Positions 28,480-38,850 are shown, numbered from the stretch's first letter. The stretch: 64,000 nucleotides of DNA from Tepidisphaeraceae bacterium (GCA_036001665.1 DASYUA010000257.1:1-64000); one strand, 5' to 3'. Numbers and translations: made by a program. Notes: generated from the sequence alone by a model not told the origin.

Positions 28480-28533
28480 GTAGGCCCGGCTGTGCCGGAC
28501 ATCTTGATCGGATGTCCGGCACAGCCGGACCTG
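28480..28533. repeat. REP pair: GTAGGCCCGGCTGTGCCGGACATC / GATGTCCGGCACAGCCGGACCTGC inverted with 7-nt spacer
   Basis: single copies at 48705 and 57138. Confidence 0.75.
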
Positions 28534-28560
28534 CGTGTCTTTTACATTCCCATTAACAAT

Positions 28561-29349
28561 TCAATCACGCGGCAGATCGGCAGCGCTCCCGGTAATCGGT
28601 GCTGCCACCGTCGGCTGTGCTGCCGGGATCACCGCCTGTCGCGGCGGCGGCGTAATCCGCCCCATCGGCTCGCGGCCTCGCCCCCAAGCCGTGACCGTCA
28701 CGCCCAATTTCGCCAGCCCCGTGTTCACATCCTCATCATGAGGCTGGAGGCGATTCGCCTGGCGGAGCCAATATTCGGCCTCCTTGTTCTGCGCCAGTGG
28801 ATCGAGCAGATAGAGCCCGAATTCCCGTTTGATGAAGAAATCATCGCCGGCCACGCGGGCCGCGCGGGTATAGGCATCGATCGCCCGGTCGGCATCGCCG
28901 CGGATGCGGAACGCCTTGGCCAGAATGAACCATTCCTCGCCGCTGCTGCCGCCCTGGGCGCGCTTCATGATCGCGTTGGACTCCGACTCGTTCTCATCAT
29001 TCCGCGCGACCGAGGCGCCGTAAGCATCCAGCACCTTCTGCCGGAATTGCGGCTCATAGTAATTCGGCCCGACCTGCGTCATCACATCGAGGCTGATGCG
29101 ATATTGAGAGAACGCCTGGTGATGCTGCTTGAGATCGTCGTAGCAGACGCCCAGGTAAAATTGCGAGCGATAGTCGCGCGGATCCTGCCGGATGGCATTG
29201 CGAAACGCCCCGGCCGCGTCCGCATAGGCGCGCTCGCTGTAAAGCCGCAGCCCTTCCTCGCGCGATTTGTTCGCGTAGGTCAGGACGTCGGTGCAGCCGG
29301 TTGAAATAAGTGACAGAGCGAGCAGAAGCGACGCAATAGCAGCACGCAT
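28561..29349 (-). CDS. TPR-repeat lipoprotein
   Basis: MRAAIASLLLALSLISTGC lipobox; TPR-like YADAAGAFRNAIRQDP..YLGVCY. Confidence 0.65.
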   Translation of the reverse strand: MRAAIASLLLALSLISTGCTDVLTYANKSREEGLRLYSERAYADAAGAFRNAIRQDPRDYRSQFYLGVCYDDLKQHHQAFSQYRISLDVMTQVGPNYYEPQFRQKVLDAYGASVARNDENESESNAIMKRAQGGSSGEEWFILAKAFRIRGDADRAIDAYTRAARVAGDDFFIKREFGLYLLDPLAQNKEAEYWLRQANRLQPHDEDVNTGLAKLGVTVTAWGRGREPMGRITPPPRQAVIPAAQPTVAAPITGSAADLPRD

Positions 29350-29516
29350 GGCTACCTCCATGTAGCAGCCCCAAATCCATCGGCCCGTCTTTCCATCAGC
29401 GCAACCTGCGCCACAGCGGGCCCATCCGTGAATTATCAAGGTACAGCGCCCGCAGGCATTTGCAAGGGGAGAGGAATTGTCGGTTTGAAATTCCAGATCT
29501 GAAATCTATGGGCGAA

Positions 29517-32500
29517 CTAAGTGGAAATCGGCTGTTCTTCGGCCGTCGCAGCGGTTTGGGCAACACCTTTGTGCCGATGTCGCGGCTCTGCATGTGCCGT
29601 GAAGAAAACCAGCGATCCAAACAGCAGCCCGACCACCAAAACCGCCCCCGTGACATAAAGCGCCCGATTATCCTGAAGCTCCAGCACCCGTGCCGGCGTT
29701 GGCGGCTGCGGGGCGACGGACGACTCAGCGGCAAGCTGGGCGACGGACAAAGCGCGCTCGGCCGCCGTCAGTTGCTCCTGCTTCGTCGGCTCATCGACCT
29801 GGGCCAGCCGCTGCGATTCCTCGCGGGTTGATTGATAATCGCGATCGCGCTCGACAAGCAGGTCCAGCTCCTTGATCTTCTGCCGGTACGCTTCGCGCGC
29901 TATCCGTTCGGCCTTCTCGGCGTCGGCGAGTTCGCCCTGCTTCTTTTGCAACTCCGCCGCCTGCTGCTCGGTCAGCTTTTTCTGCTGCTCCGCCGAGACT
30001 TCCTTGCGACGAAGAGCAATCTCCGACTCCAGCGCCGCCGCCTGCGCCTGCAACTCCTTCAGCCGCGCATTGGCGTCGGCATCCTGCGACTGCACCGCCT
30101 CGCTGTAACTCTTGCGCGCCGCCTGCATCGCATCAACCTGCCCCGCCAGTCGCGCGGCCAGCGAGCGCTGTGCTGCCGGCAGCGTCTCAATCTCCGGAGA
30201 TGTATTGCGGAACTTGGTCTCCAAATCGTTCATCAGCTTCTCGGACGCCGCGCGATCGGCATCGAGCTGCTTCTGGACCGAATCAATGATCTGTTTCAAG
30301 CCCCCGATGGCATCGCTGTAAAATTTGTCCTCGCCGAGGGCGACTTTTCGCGATGTAATCCGGCCTTCAACATATTCCATCTCCGACCGCAGCCGCTCCA
30401 CGTCGCGCTTCAACCCGCCGCTGGCCGTCAACGCGTTGACCTCGCGGCTCTTCAGCTCCAGCAGATGCGACAGTTCCTTGAGGCCCTCATCCTTCTCCAT
30501 CACATCGCGCTTGCGCGCCTCGACCTGCTCCTCCAGACGCTTCTTATATTCGACCAACTGCTTCTGCTGCCGCTCCTGCCGCTCGATCAGGTCCCCCTGG
30601 AGCTTCCACGATGCCTCGTGAAGCTTCTGCGCTGAGCTGATATAAGAAGCCAGCGCTGGATTGTCCTTCATCATCCGCTGAGCGACCCCCAGGCTGCTTT
30701 GAAACTCATCGATCGAAGCATTCAGCGATTTTCGCGCATCCGCGGCCTGTTTTGCGGCGGCCGACTTCGCTTCCGCCAGCCGGCCATTCAACGCCGCCAA
30801 TTTTTCGCTCATCAGCTTCAACGATGAATCCCCATCCGACGCAGCGCCCGCGGCCGCCGACTCGGCCGGCTGCTGGAGACGATCCACATCGGCCGCAATT
30901 GCCTTGCGCGCCCCCAGGGCCGCGGTCCATGCCTGATCAAGCTTATCCACTGCGGCCTGCGCTGCCGAAAGCTCCGCGGCGTCAGGGCGAACGATCGCCG
31001 CCAGGCTCATCTTCCGCTCGCGCACCCTGGCCACCTCAGCGCGGGCGTTGACCACGGCCAGGCGCTTCTGATCCACCGTCTTGGTCGCCGCCGAGGCAGC
31101 GCTGACACTCGAGCCATTGGCATCATAAATGGCCTGGAGCAGACACGAGAGGCGATCGGCATCCAGCGTGGGATTCGACCCTTGATAGGTAATTTGCAAT
31201 TCGCAGCGTTCCCCGTTGATCACCCATTCGCGCCGCAGTTGCGGATGGCGGAAGTCCTGCTCAACAAAAAATCCGGCCGCCGTGGGCTGATGGGTTCTGA
31301 ACAGCGCCTCAGCCGAGGCCCGGACCTTGTCATCGGCCAGCAGCTCGAGCTGATTTTTCTGGAAGAGGTCGCGCTGGTCGCCCCGCAGCCGTGTAGCGCC
31401 CTCGTAGCGAATCGTCCCCTGGACAACCACCTTCGGGAGCACAAATTTCCAAACCGCCAGCGCCGCCAGCACCATGGCAACGGCCATGAGCACCAGGAGG
31501 ACCGACAGTTTTTTGCGGGCGCGCTTTGGAGATGCCGGAGGCACGCCTTCGCTGCCAACAACAGCTGTGGCCAGCGGCCCCCAGCGCGGCGGGATCGGCG
31601 TAGAGACCCGCGCCCGCGGCGAAACTCTGCCGGGTGAACGAAGGCCGCCATGAGCGTGAGCTGTGGAACCGGCGGTTGAACTTTTAACCTGTCCGAGGGA
31701 GAACACATCCTGCGCGGACGGATCATCGGAAACTTCAGAGAAAGCGACGGCCGCGCGAGTTGGCGCATGTGCAGGTGAAGGTGTTGCCGGGGTCCGAACC
31801 GGCGCCGGCGCAGCCACCTCGGCGACAGGAATCGATTCCAGCGCGGATTCGACCTCATCGGGCGGCGCTTCGAGCAAATCCAATGCATCTTCTTCGGCGT
31901 CAGGCGGGGCGACGATTGAAGTCGTGATGGTTGTCGTGGGACTGGGCTGGGCAACGATCGCACTCGACGTTGTGGCGGTGGCGGGTTGGAGTTCGGGCAC
32001 GAGGGGTGGTTCGACCAGTTCAATTGCAGGCTCCGGCTCCACGGTCGACGTCGGAGTTACTTGCGCAGGCGGCTCTGGGTTTGGCTCCGGCGCGGGCGCG
32101 GCCTCTTCACTGGCTTCTTCAAGCGCGAGGAGCGCAAGATCGTCAACGTCAGGTTCTTCGACGGCGGGAGACGGCGGCACTGGTGCTTCCTCCACCGCTG
32201 GAGGCGCTTCTTCAATCACAACCGGCGGCGGCGCGACAAGCTCAGGCGCGGCCGCTTGCGTTGGCTTTTCTTCAACCGGTTTTTCATCAATTTCAGGAGG
32301 CGCCACCTCCGGGCTCGCCATCACCGGCGGCTTTGCCTCCGCTTCCTGAATCCGAGCGGAGTTGGCGGCCGCGAACGGAGATTTCTTTTCTCCCAGCAGC
32401 TCATCAAGGTCAAAATCGCTCGGAGGGTGGGCGGACTTGATGGTGACAATCGTCGGCTTAAAGTCTGAATCGGCCGGAGGAGTAATCCAGCGCGGCGGGC

Positions 32501-34214
32501 GCGGTGCGGGAATATCCGCGGGATCGGCACTCGGATATACCGCGATCGGTCCCGCGAAAGCTGCGGGTTCTGGTTCAGGCCGAGCAACCGCGATCGGCTC
32601 AGGTGCCGGCGGAGTCAGCTCCTCCGGTTCCTCCAGGAAATCCTCGACATCATTCTCTGCCGCGGCCTGAACAGACTCCTCCACAATTGGCGCCTGTGGC
32701 TCCGATGCAACCGGCTGCGGCTCCGCAGCAGGAAGGGGCAGCTCATCCGAGTCGAAAGCACTCGCGGCCTCTTTGACCTCTTCGGTAACTTCTTCAACAG
32801 CCTCGGGGACGAGCTCGACATTGGCCGTGGCCGTGGTGGGAGGCGCTGATTCGGCAAGCGCTGGCTCAGGAACTTCCTCTTCAATCATCTCAGGCTCAAC
32901 TGGCATCTCAGGCTCAACTGGAACGCTCGCCTTGACAGCGGGCGCAACTTCCACTTCCTCGCGCTGCTCCTGAACAATTTGAGCCTCTGGTTCAACTGCG
33001 CGACCCGGCGGTGTTTCCACCTCCGCTTCTTTCTCCTCCTCAACCGCCACGGGCTCCGGCTCTCGCTCCAATTCGATCGGCAGAGCGTCTCCATCCGTCG
33101 CCGGCGGCTGCACTGCGGCAGGCTCCTCAACAGGAATCCCCTCGTCCTCCGCGACAGGCTTTTCGGCGACACTTTCCTCAACGACCGGTATCCCCTCCCC
33201 TTCTAGTTCTGTTTTCTCCGCAACCTCAGCCGGCTCTTCGCTGAGCATCGCCATCGCCTCATCTTCGGCCGCTTTATTGGCGTCAGTGTCTTGGGCAATC
33301 TCCAGCGGCGCTTCTGGCTCGGGCTCAGGCGCACGCGGCGGTGTTATTTTCGCCGGGATCGGCGTCCTTACGTGCTTCGGCTCGGGCAGAGACATTGCCT
33401 CTTCCACCGGCAGCAGCACATTCGAATCTCCCAATCCATCCGGTGGCTCAAAAAGCTTCGATTTAGCACTCGGCTTTGGCGGCTGCGGCGCTTCCTCCAG
33501 CCCTTCCAGCGCCATCAACTCATCCAAATCCGCATCGGCCGATGCAGCGGCCGGCGCAGCCACGGCGGCCTCGGCTCCAGCCCCGACATATCGGACGTCA
33601 TTCCCGCCAATCTCAATCACATCCCCAATCTTCAGCTCGACCTGAAGCGTCTTCTGACCATTCACAAACGTGCCATTGCGCGACCCCAGGTCCATGATGT
33701 AGCGCCGGCCATTGGCATCAAAAATCGCCGCGTGGGTGGTCGAAACCGTGTCGCCTGAAATCACAAGATCAGCCCCCGCCCTCTGTCCGATAACCACGAC
33801 GCGCTGATCCAGCGCCACCACATCTCCCGCATCGGTCTCCAACTGCGCCGCCGGAACTGTTCTCCTCCGTGCGCTGCTCTGAATCTTCGGCCCGGCCGTA
33901 AACCTGAAGGTATAGCGGCCAATCTTGACCTGATCCCCCTCCCTCAAATCCGCCTCCCGAACCTCCTTCCCATTCACAAAAACCCTGGTTCTGCTGTTCA
34001 GGTCGCGAATGTGGACTTTGGAGTCGGAGCTGAGAAGCAGCGCGTGGGCCTTGCTGACCTGGCTGGAATTCAGGCGAAGATGGGCAGTCTGGCGCGTCCC
34101 CACCAGCGTGGCCGGCCGGGCCAGCGGAATCGGTGGTTTCCCGGCCAATGGCCCCATCGGCTGCAATGCCGGCCAGGGTGTGGCGGTGGGTTTGGACGAA
34201 GAGTGGATTACCAT
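29517..34214 (-). CDS. giant FHA-domain membrane protein (two N-terminal FHA domains, long acidic Pro/Glu/Ala-rich linker, TM, coiled-coil ectodomain, C-terminal TM)
   Basis: FHA1 (ATLVGTRQTAHLRL..NSRTRVFVNG), FHA2 (VVIGQRAGADLVISGD..GSRNGTFVNG); TM LSVLLVLMAVAMVLAALAVW; start placed at MVIHSS (34214). Confidence 0.75.
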   Translation of the reverse strand: MVIHSSSKPTATPWPALQPMGPLAGKPPIPLARPATLVGTRQTAHLRLNSSQVSKAHALLLSSDSKVHIRDLNSRTRVFVNGKEVREADLREGDQVKIGRYTFRFTAGPKIQSSARRRTVPAAQLETDAGDVVALDQRVVVIGQRAGADLVISGDTVSTTHAAIFDANGRRYIMDLGSRNGTFVNGQKTLQVELKIGDVIEIGGNDVRYVGAGAEAAVAAPAAASADADLDELMALEGLEEAPQPPKPSAKSKLFEPPDGLGDSNVLLPVEEAMSLPEPKHVRTPIPAKITPPRAPEPEPEAPLEIAQDTDANKAAEDEAMAMLSEEPAEVAEKTELEGEGIPVVEESVAEKPVAEDEGIPVEEPAAVQPPATDGDALPIELEREPEPVAVEEEKEAEVETPPGRAVEPEAQIVQEQREEVEVAPAVKASVPVEPEMPVEPEMIEEEVPEPALAESAPPTTATANVELVPEAVEEVTEEVKEAASAFDSDELPLPAAEPQPVASEPQAPIVEESVQAAAENDVEDFLEEPEELTPPAPEPIAVARPEPEPAAFAGPIAVYPSADPADIPAPRPPRWITPPADSDFKPTIVTIKSAHPPSDFDLDELLGEKKSPFAAANSARIQEAEAKPPVMASPEVAPPEIDEKPVEEKPTQAAAPELVAPPPVVIEEAPPAVEEAPVPPSPAVEEPDVDDLALLALEEASEEAAPAPEPNPEPPAQVTPTSTVEPEPAIELVEPPLVPELQPATATTSSAIVAQPSPTTTITTSIVAPPDAEEDALDLLEAPPDEVESALESIPVAEVAAPAPVRTPATPSPAHAPTRAAVAFSEVSDDPSAQDVFSLGQVKSSTAGSTAHAHGGLRSPGRVSPRARVSTPIPPRWGPLATAVVGSEGVPPASPKRARKKLSVLLVLMAVAMVLAALAVWKFVLPKVVVQGTIRYEGATRLRGDQRDLFQKNQLELLADDKVRASAEALFRTHQPTAAGFFVEQDFRHPQLRREWVINGERCELQITYQGSNPTLDADRLSCLLQAIYDANGSSVSAASAATKTVDQKRLAVVNARAEVARVRERKMSLAAIVRPDAAELSAAQAAVDKLDQAWTAALGARKAIAADVDRLQQPAESAAAGAASDGDSSLKLMSEKLAALNGRLAEAKSAAAKQAADARKSLNASIDEFQSSLGVAQRMMKDNPALASYISSAQKLHEASWKLQGDLIERQERQQKQLVEYKKRLEEQVEARKRDVMEKDEGLKELSHLLELKSREVNALTASGGLKRDVERLRSEMEYVEGRITSRKVALGEDKFYSDAIGGLKQIIDSVQKQLDADRAASEKLMNDLETKFRNTSPEIETLPAAQRSLAARLAGQVDAMQAARKSYSEAVQSQDADANARLKELQAQAAALESEIALRRKEVSAEQQKKLTEQQAAELQKKQGELADAEKAERIAREAYRQKIKELDLLVERDRDYQSTREESQRLAQVDEPTKQEQLTAAERALSVAQLAAESSVAPQPPTPARVLELQDNRALYVTGAVLVVGLLFGSLVFFTAHAEPRHRHKGVAQTAATAEEQPIST

Positions 34215-34384
34215 GAGGTTGAGTACCTCAGAATGCCCTACAAGAGCACCGGGTGCAAATTCGGTGCAACTAGAACGCCGAATCCGCCTCCTGCGGAGCC
34301 CGTCCGGATAATCCATTGTCGGGGCAACTGACTCAGTTACAACGAAACACCGATATGCGGGTTCGCCAGTTTTTCGCTAAACTC

Positions 34385-35962
34385 CTAATGCTTAAAGTGC
34401 CGCTGGCCGGTCAGAACCAATGCGGCATTCATCTTATTGACTAGCTCGGTCGTTTCATTGTCCTTGACCGAGCCTCCGGGATGAATAATCGCAGTCACAC
34501 CCGCCTCCAAAAGAAGCCGCGGTGCGTCGGGAAACGGGAAGAAAGCATCCGAAGCGGCCACCGACCCCCGGATCCGCTCCCCCGCTTTGCCAATCGCCAG
34601 TCGGGCGGCCGACGGCCGGTCCATTTGGCCCGCCCCGGCTCCCAACAACATCCCATCTTTGGCGATGGCGATCGCGTTGCTCTTCACATGCTTGCAGACC
34701 AGCCAGGCGAACTTCAAATCCTGCATTTCTTTCGCCGTCGGCTGACGATTCGACGCGATTTTCCAGTTTGCTTCATCGACTCCGAGCAAGTCGCGATCCT
34801 GAACCAGATAGCCGCCAACGATCTTGTGCATGTGCAATTCGGAGCGGTCAAAGTCATCCAGTGGGTCTATTTCCAGCAGCCGGACGTTCTTCCATCGCGT
34901 GCGGAGCAGTTCCAGTGCATCAAGCGAATAACCCGGAGCGACGATCACTTCCAGAAGCTTGTCAATCGACGTGATGGCATTGGTCGCGGCGAGATCGACT
35001 TTGCGATTAAGGGCAACAATGCCCCCAAACGCGGCCAGCGGATCGCTGGAGAAGGCTTTGGAAAATGCCGTGGCAAGGTCGGCCGCGATTGCCGCGCCGC
35101 ACGGCGTGGCGTGTTTGACAATGCAGGCCGCCGGCTCCGAAAACTCTTTCACGCACGACAGCGCTGCATCCGCATCGAGCAGGTTGATGTAAGAGAGCTC
35201 CTTGCCATGGTGCTGCGTCGCAAACGCCACCGAGGCTTCGCCCGGCTGGCGATCCACGTAGAGGGCCGCCTTCTGATGTGGATTTTCACCGTAGCGCAGG
35301 TCCTGTTTCTTTTGCAGCGAAATATTCATCCCCGCCGGCATCGCCCCCGCATTGGCGTCCAAAGTTTTTGCGAGATACTCCGCAATCTTCGCATCGTACG
35401 CCGCCGTGTGGGCAAAGGCGCGCTGCGCCTGCTTCAGCCGGTGCTTCCCGCACGAGCACCCCTTGTGCTCGCGCAAATCCCCCAGCACTTTTTCATATCG
35501 CTCCGGACTGGTGACCACCAGCACAAACCGATGGTTTTTCGAGGCCGAGCGGATCATCGCGGGCCCGCCGATGTCGATATTTTCTATCGCCTCCTCCAGC
35601 GTCACCTTCGCCCTGCGAATGGCCTCCTCAAACGGATAAAGATTGATGCAGACCAGATCGATCGGCAGTATTCCGTGTCTTTCCATCGCCGACTGATGCT
35701 GCGGATTGTCGCGGATGGAGAGCAATCCCCCGTGAATCTTCGGATGCAGCGTCTTGATGCGCCCATCCATCATCTCCGGAAACCCCGTGATCTCCGACAC
35801 CTCCTTCACCGGCAATCCCTGCTCGCGAAGAAACCGCGCTGTCCCGCCCGTGCTGATCATCTCGATCGCAAATTCTTCGTGCAATGCGCGCGCAAATTCT
35901 CCCAGGCCGGTTTTGTCCGAAACCGAAAGCAGCGCGCGCTTCACAGGAACCAGATCAGACAT
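34385..35962 (-). CDS. purH: bifunctional AICAR transformylase / IMP cyclohydrolase
   Basis: MSDLVPVKRALLSVSDKTGL..MISTGGTA..KTLHPKIHGG. Confidence 0.9.
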   Translation of the reverse strand: MSDLVPVKRALLSVSDKTGLGEFARALHEEFAIEMISTGGTARFLREQGLPVKEVSEITGFPEMMDGRIKTLHPKIHGGLLSIRDNPQHQSAMERHGILPIDLVCINLYPFEEAIRRAKVTLEEAIENIDIGGPAMIRSASKNHRFVLVVTSPERYEKVLGDLREHKGCSCGKHRLKQAQRAFAHTAAYDAKIAEYLAKTLDANAGAMPAGMNISLQKKQDLRYGENPHQKAALYVDRQPGEASVAFATQHHGKELSYINLLDADAALSCVKEFSEPAACIVKHATPCGAAIAADLATAFSKAFSSDPLAAFGGIVALNRKVDLAATNAITSIDKLLEVIVAPGYSLDALELLRTRWKNVRLLEIDPLDDFDRSELHMHKIVGGYLVQDRDLLGVDEANWKIASNRQPTAKEMQDLKFAWLVCKHVKSNAIAIAKDGMLLGAGAGQMDRPSAARLAIGKAGERIRGSVAASDAFFPFPDAPRLLLEAGVTAIIHPGGSVKDNETTELVNKMNAALVLTGQRHFKH

Positions 35963-35965
35963 CGT

Positions 35966-37231
35966 CTAATTACGGGCCACGGCCTCCAGCGGCGACGGCG
36001 CCAAAACCCATTCTCCCACCGTCCCGGGCTTCAAAATAGCCTTGATGGAATACAACATCCCGCCCGGCGTGCAGGCGAAAATGCTGCTGTCCTTGGGACT
36101 GGTATTCGTGGCGAAGAAGCTGAAATCCTTGCGTCTTGAGTTGAATCGCGGCGTCCCTGTCTGTTTGTCCACCGCCACCACCGAATTGTCGTCAGCGCGA
36201 ATATAGGCAAACTTTTCATCCGACGCCAGAAACTGCCGGCCTTTCGCATAATTCCACTTCGCCCCTCGCATCTCTATCTTTCCCGTCTTATCAATCGCCA
36301 CCATCCCCGTCTGCGGAACATACAGGTACACAAAATTGGTCGTCGGCACCGGAGTGCTGTCCTCACGCAATGGCCGGCCGGCATAATAAGTCCAGCGCAC
36401 CCGCCCGGTGTTGATGTCCAGGCAATACAGCTTGCTGTCCATCGAGCAGACGTAAACCCCATCCTTATCCGTCTGGAGATCGGCCAGAATCTCACCACCG
36501 GTCTTGAAATAGCCGTCCGCCAAACCCGGCCAGATATTGTCGCGATTCTCCCCGCGCACCGCATAGACTCCCCCATCGCGGCTGCCCACGAAAACCAGGC
36601 CCTGATAGTTAGCCGGCGCAGCCGACACCTGCCCGCGCGTCATCAATTCCCACGCCGGTGTCAGGTCATAAGGGTGCTCCCGGGTGTCGATCGCGGCCAC
36701 GCGCCCGCCATTGGGATGATCCTCGCCGAAAAACACCGTCCGCCCCTCGCCCACCGCCCCGCTGGATGCGCCATAACGCAAGGGAATGCGATGCATCAGC
36801 TTGCCATTGCGATCGAACACCGACAGCTCGCTGGTGCTGGGGAAAACCACCCGGTCGGCCAAAGTGCATGGCGGATGAAGAATGTCGGTGGATTTGCTGG
36901 GCTGGGTGATCGAGACAATATGGCCGCTGGCGCGGTTGACCCAGATGCACTTGTTGTCCGACGTAAGCACCAGGACCTTGTCATCGTTCACATGAATCGA
37001 TTTCACTTGCGTCTGCTTGAGCGGTAGTTCGGCCCGCCAGTTCGCCGCGAAATTACCCGAGGGAATCTCCACTACTTCCTGCTTGCTCTTTTGCTGCTGC
37101 GCTTCCGTCTCCGTTGGTGGGTTCGAACACGAAAGCGACATCAGCATCATGCACCCCGCGGCCACACGGGCGAGCGCATGCGGCGCATGGATGAGGTCGG
37201 CACAACGGCGTTGACCAAGGTGTGATCTCAC
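35966..37231 (-). CDS. PQQ-like beta-propeller repeat lipoprotein (BamB-like fold)
   Basis: GLVFVGSRDGGVYAV-type blades; putative lipobox LMSLSC; GTG start at 37231 inferred, ORF open to 37396. Confidence 0.65.
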   Translation of the reverse strand: MRSHLGQRRCADLIHAPHALARVAAGCMMLMSLSCSNPPTETEAQQQKSKQEVVEIPSGNFAANWRAELPLKQTQVKSIHVNDDKVLVLTSDNKCIWVNRASGHIVSITQPSKSTDILHPPCTLADRVVFPSTSELSVFDRNGKLMHRIPLRYGASSGAVGEGRTVFFGEDHPNGGRVAAIDTREHPYDLTPAWELMTRGQVSAAPANYQGLVFVGSRDGGVYAVRGENRDNIWPGLADGYFKTGGEILADLQTDKDGVYVCSMDSKLYCLDINTGRVRWTYYAGRPLREDSTPVPTTNFVYLYVPQTGMVAIDKTGKIEMRGAKWNYAKGRQFLASDEKFAYIRADDNSVVAVDKQTGTPRFNSRRKDFSFFATNTSPKDSSIFACTPGGMLYSIKAILKPGTVGEWVLAPSPLEAVARN

Positions 37232-37427
37232 AGGTGCTCCTGACTTTGGGGGGCCTTGCAATTCACTGCTGCGCGGGGCGCAGCGCCATGGCGAGACCGC
37301 AGCAGAATAGCATTTTTCAGCCCGCCGCGTCAAACCTCTTTGCCTCGCCATACATGCGAACCGGCACGGCAATTGCTCTTGTTTCCAAATAGTCATTCAA
37401 GTGCCCTTGATCGGGCAAGGAGTTGTC

Positions 37428-37541
37428 ATGAAGCGCATTCTCTTCGTTCTACTGACGCTGGGCCTGTTCAGTGCCGCGATTGCTGGTTGCCGCGCTGAAG
37501 GTGAAATCGACACCGCCTCGTCGATCTCATTCGCCCGCTAA
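37428..37541 (+). CDS. entericidin EcnA/B-like mini-lipoprotein (37 aa)
   Basis: MKRILFVLLTLGLFSAAIAGC|RAEGEIDTASSISFAR; CAAGGAG RBS; resembles the EcnA mature peptide (C-N-T-A-R-G-F-G-E-D-I..S-I-S). Confidence 0.5.
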   Translation: MKRILFVLLTLGLFSAAIAGCRAEGEIDTASSISFAR

Positions 37542-37608
37542 CCCTCGACGGCCACAGTGCCGCCCCTGGTTGAACAAAAGACCGGCGGCCCAGCCGCAAG
37601 GAGTTTTT

Positions 37609-37722
37609 ATGAAACGCATTCTTCTCGTGTTGCTGACCCTTGGCCTTTTCAGCGCTGCGATCGCTGGTTGCCACGCTGATGCTGGAATCGACATCGCCTC
37701 GCCGATTTCATTCGTCCGGTAA
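37609..37722 (+). CDS. entericidin EcnA/B-like mini-lipoprotein, tandem paralogue (37 aa)
   Basis: MKRILLVLLTLGLFSAAIAGC|HADAGIDIASPISFVR; own CAAGGAG RBS. Confidence 0.5.
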   Translation: MKRILLVLLTLGLFSAAIAGCHADAGIDIASPISFVR

Positions 37723-37875
37723 GCCGGGGCGGTCAATTCACCGCCAGACAAAAGAGACCGGCGGCCTCGTTGCCTTTCGCCGTAAGCATTTGCCTTGCGG
37801 CGACGGGCGACCGAGGCCGCCGGTCCTGTTACTGGTGTTGGTTCTTCTGGCTGCTGCTGGTTGCGTGAATCTCGA

Positions 37876-38850
37876 TCAGAACTTTCCGCGGCCGGGCTTC
37901 AGGGATCCTTTGACCGTGATGTCGTCGTCGCTGTCAAAATCGAGGATCTCATCCATGTTGAATCCCCTCCCACGATAGAAGTCGTCAAAGCCTGGCCCGC
38001 CGGTCAGCAGATCATCGCCCTCACCGCCATCGATCTTGTCATTGCCACTCTCGCCATCGATGTCATCGTCACCCCGCCCGCCGATGAGGCGGTCGTTTTG
38101 CGTGCCGCCGAAGATGGTGTCGTTGCCATCAGCGCCATCAATGGTGTCGTGGCCGCCGCCGCCGTCGATGTCGTCATCGCCCACACCGCCGCGGATGCTG
38201 TCGCGCCCCCAATCCCCAAAGAGGATATCGTCGCCGTCGCCGCCGTCGATGAAGTCGTTGTTGCCGCCCCCATCGATGTCGTCGTCGCCCAGGCCGCCGC
38301 GAATTTCGTCATCGCCGGCAGCGCCGACGAGGGTATCGTCGCCGTCGTTGCCAATGATGAAATCGCGTCCCTTGCCGCCAAAGATTTCATCGTCATCCGC
38401 GCCGCCCCCGATGAAATCGGTGCCGAGCCCACCGCTGAGGCTGTCATTCCCGTCTTCGCCAGTGATGTAGTCATTGCCAGCGCTACCGACGATGGTGTCA
38501 TCGCCCGAGCGCCCAAAGAAGCTCATCGAAAGCCGAATACGGCCGCCGGTTTCCTGCGCTTCAAGATCGTCATTGCCATCCAGACCATCAACAAAGATGC
38601 CCGAGACCTGGAAGCTCAACTGGCGAATGTCCCAGAACGAAACGATGCCGTTGTCGTCAATCACCAGCGTATTCGATTCATCCGAGTCAACGCTCAGAAT
38701 GATTACATCGTCAGCATCGGTCCCGGTGACGATCAGAAAACCGTTTGAGATGTTGACCGATAGCAGGCAGCGTCCCTCCAACTCCTGCATAACAGCGCCA
38801 TCGAAGTGACTGGGGATCGCCTTACCTCTGCGGATGTTGGGAAATCGCAT
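37876..38850 (-). CDS. Ca-binding RTX-like repeat protein with N-terminal LEGRCLLS module
   Basis: about 15 GG-x-G-x-D nonapeptide repeats; AGGAG RBS; start at MRFPNI. Confidence 0.7.
   Translation of the reverse strand: MRFPNIRRGKAIPSHFDGAVMQELEGRCLLSVNISNGFLIVTGTDADDVIILSVDSDESNTLVIDDNGIVSFWDIRQLSFQVSGIFVDGLDGNDDLEAQETGGRIRLSMSFFGRSGDDTIVGSAGNDYITGEDGNDSLSGGLGTDFIGGGADDDEIFGGKGRDFIIGNDGDDTLVGAAGDDEIRGGLGDDDIDGGGNNDFIDGGDGDDILFGDWGRDSIRGGVGDDDIDGGGGHDTIDGADGNDTIFGGTQNDRLIGGRGDDDIDGESGNDKIDGGEGDDLLTGGPGFDDFYRGRGFNMDEILDFDSDDDITVKGSLKPGRGKF

Noticed and set aside
34481-36139. 552-aa plus-strand ORF opposite purH
   Set aside because: Antisense of a highly conserved purH.
37110-37130. GGTTCGAAC motif resembling a tRNA T-loop
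   Set aside because: Lies inside the PQQ-propeller coding region and lacks tRNA secondary structure.
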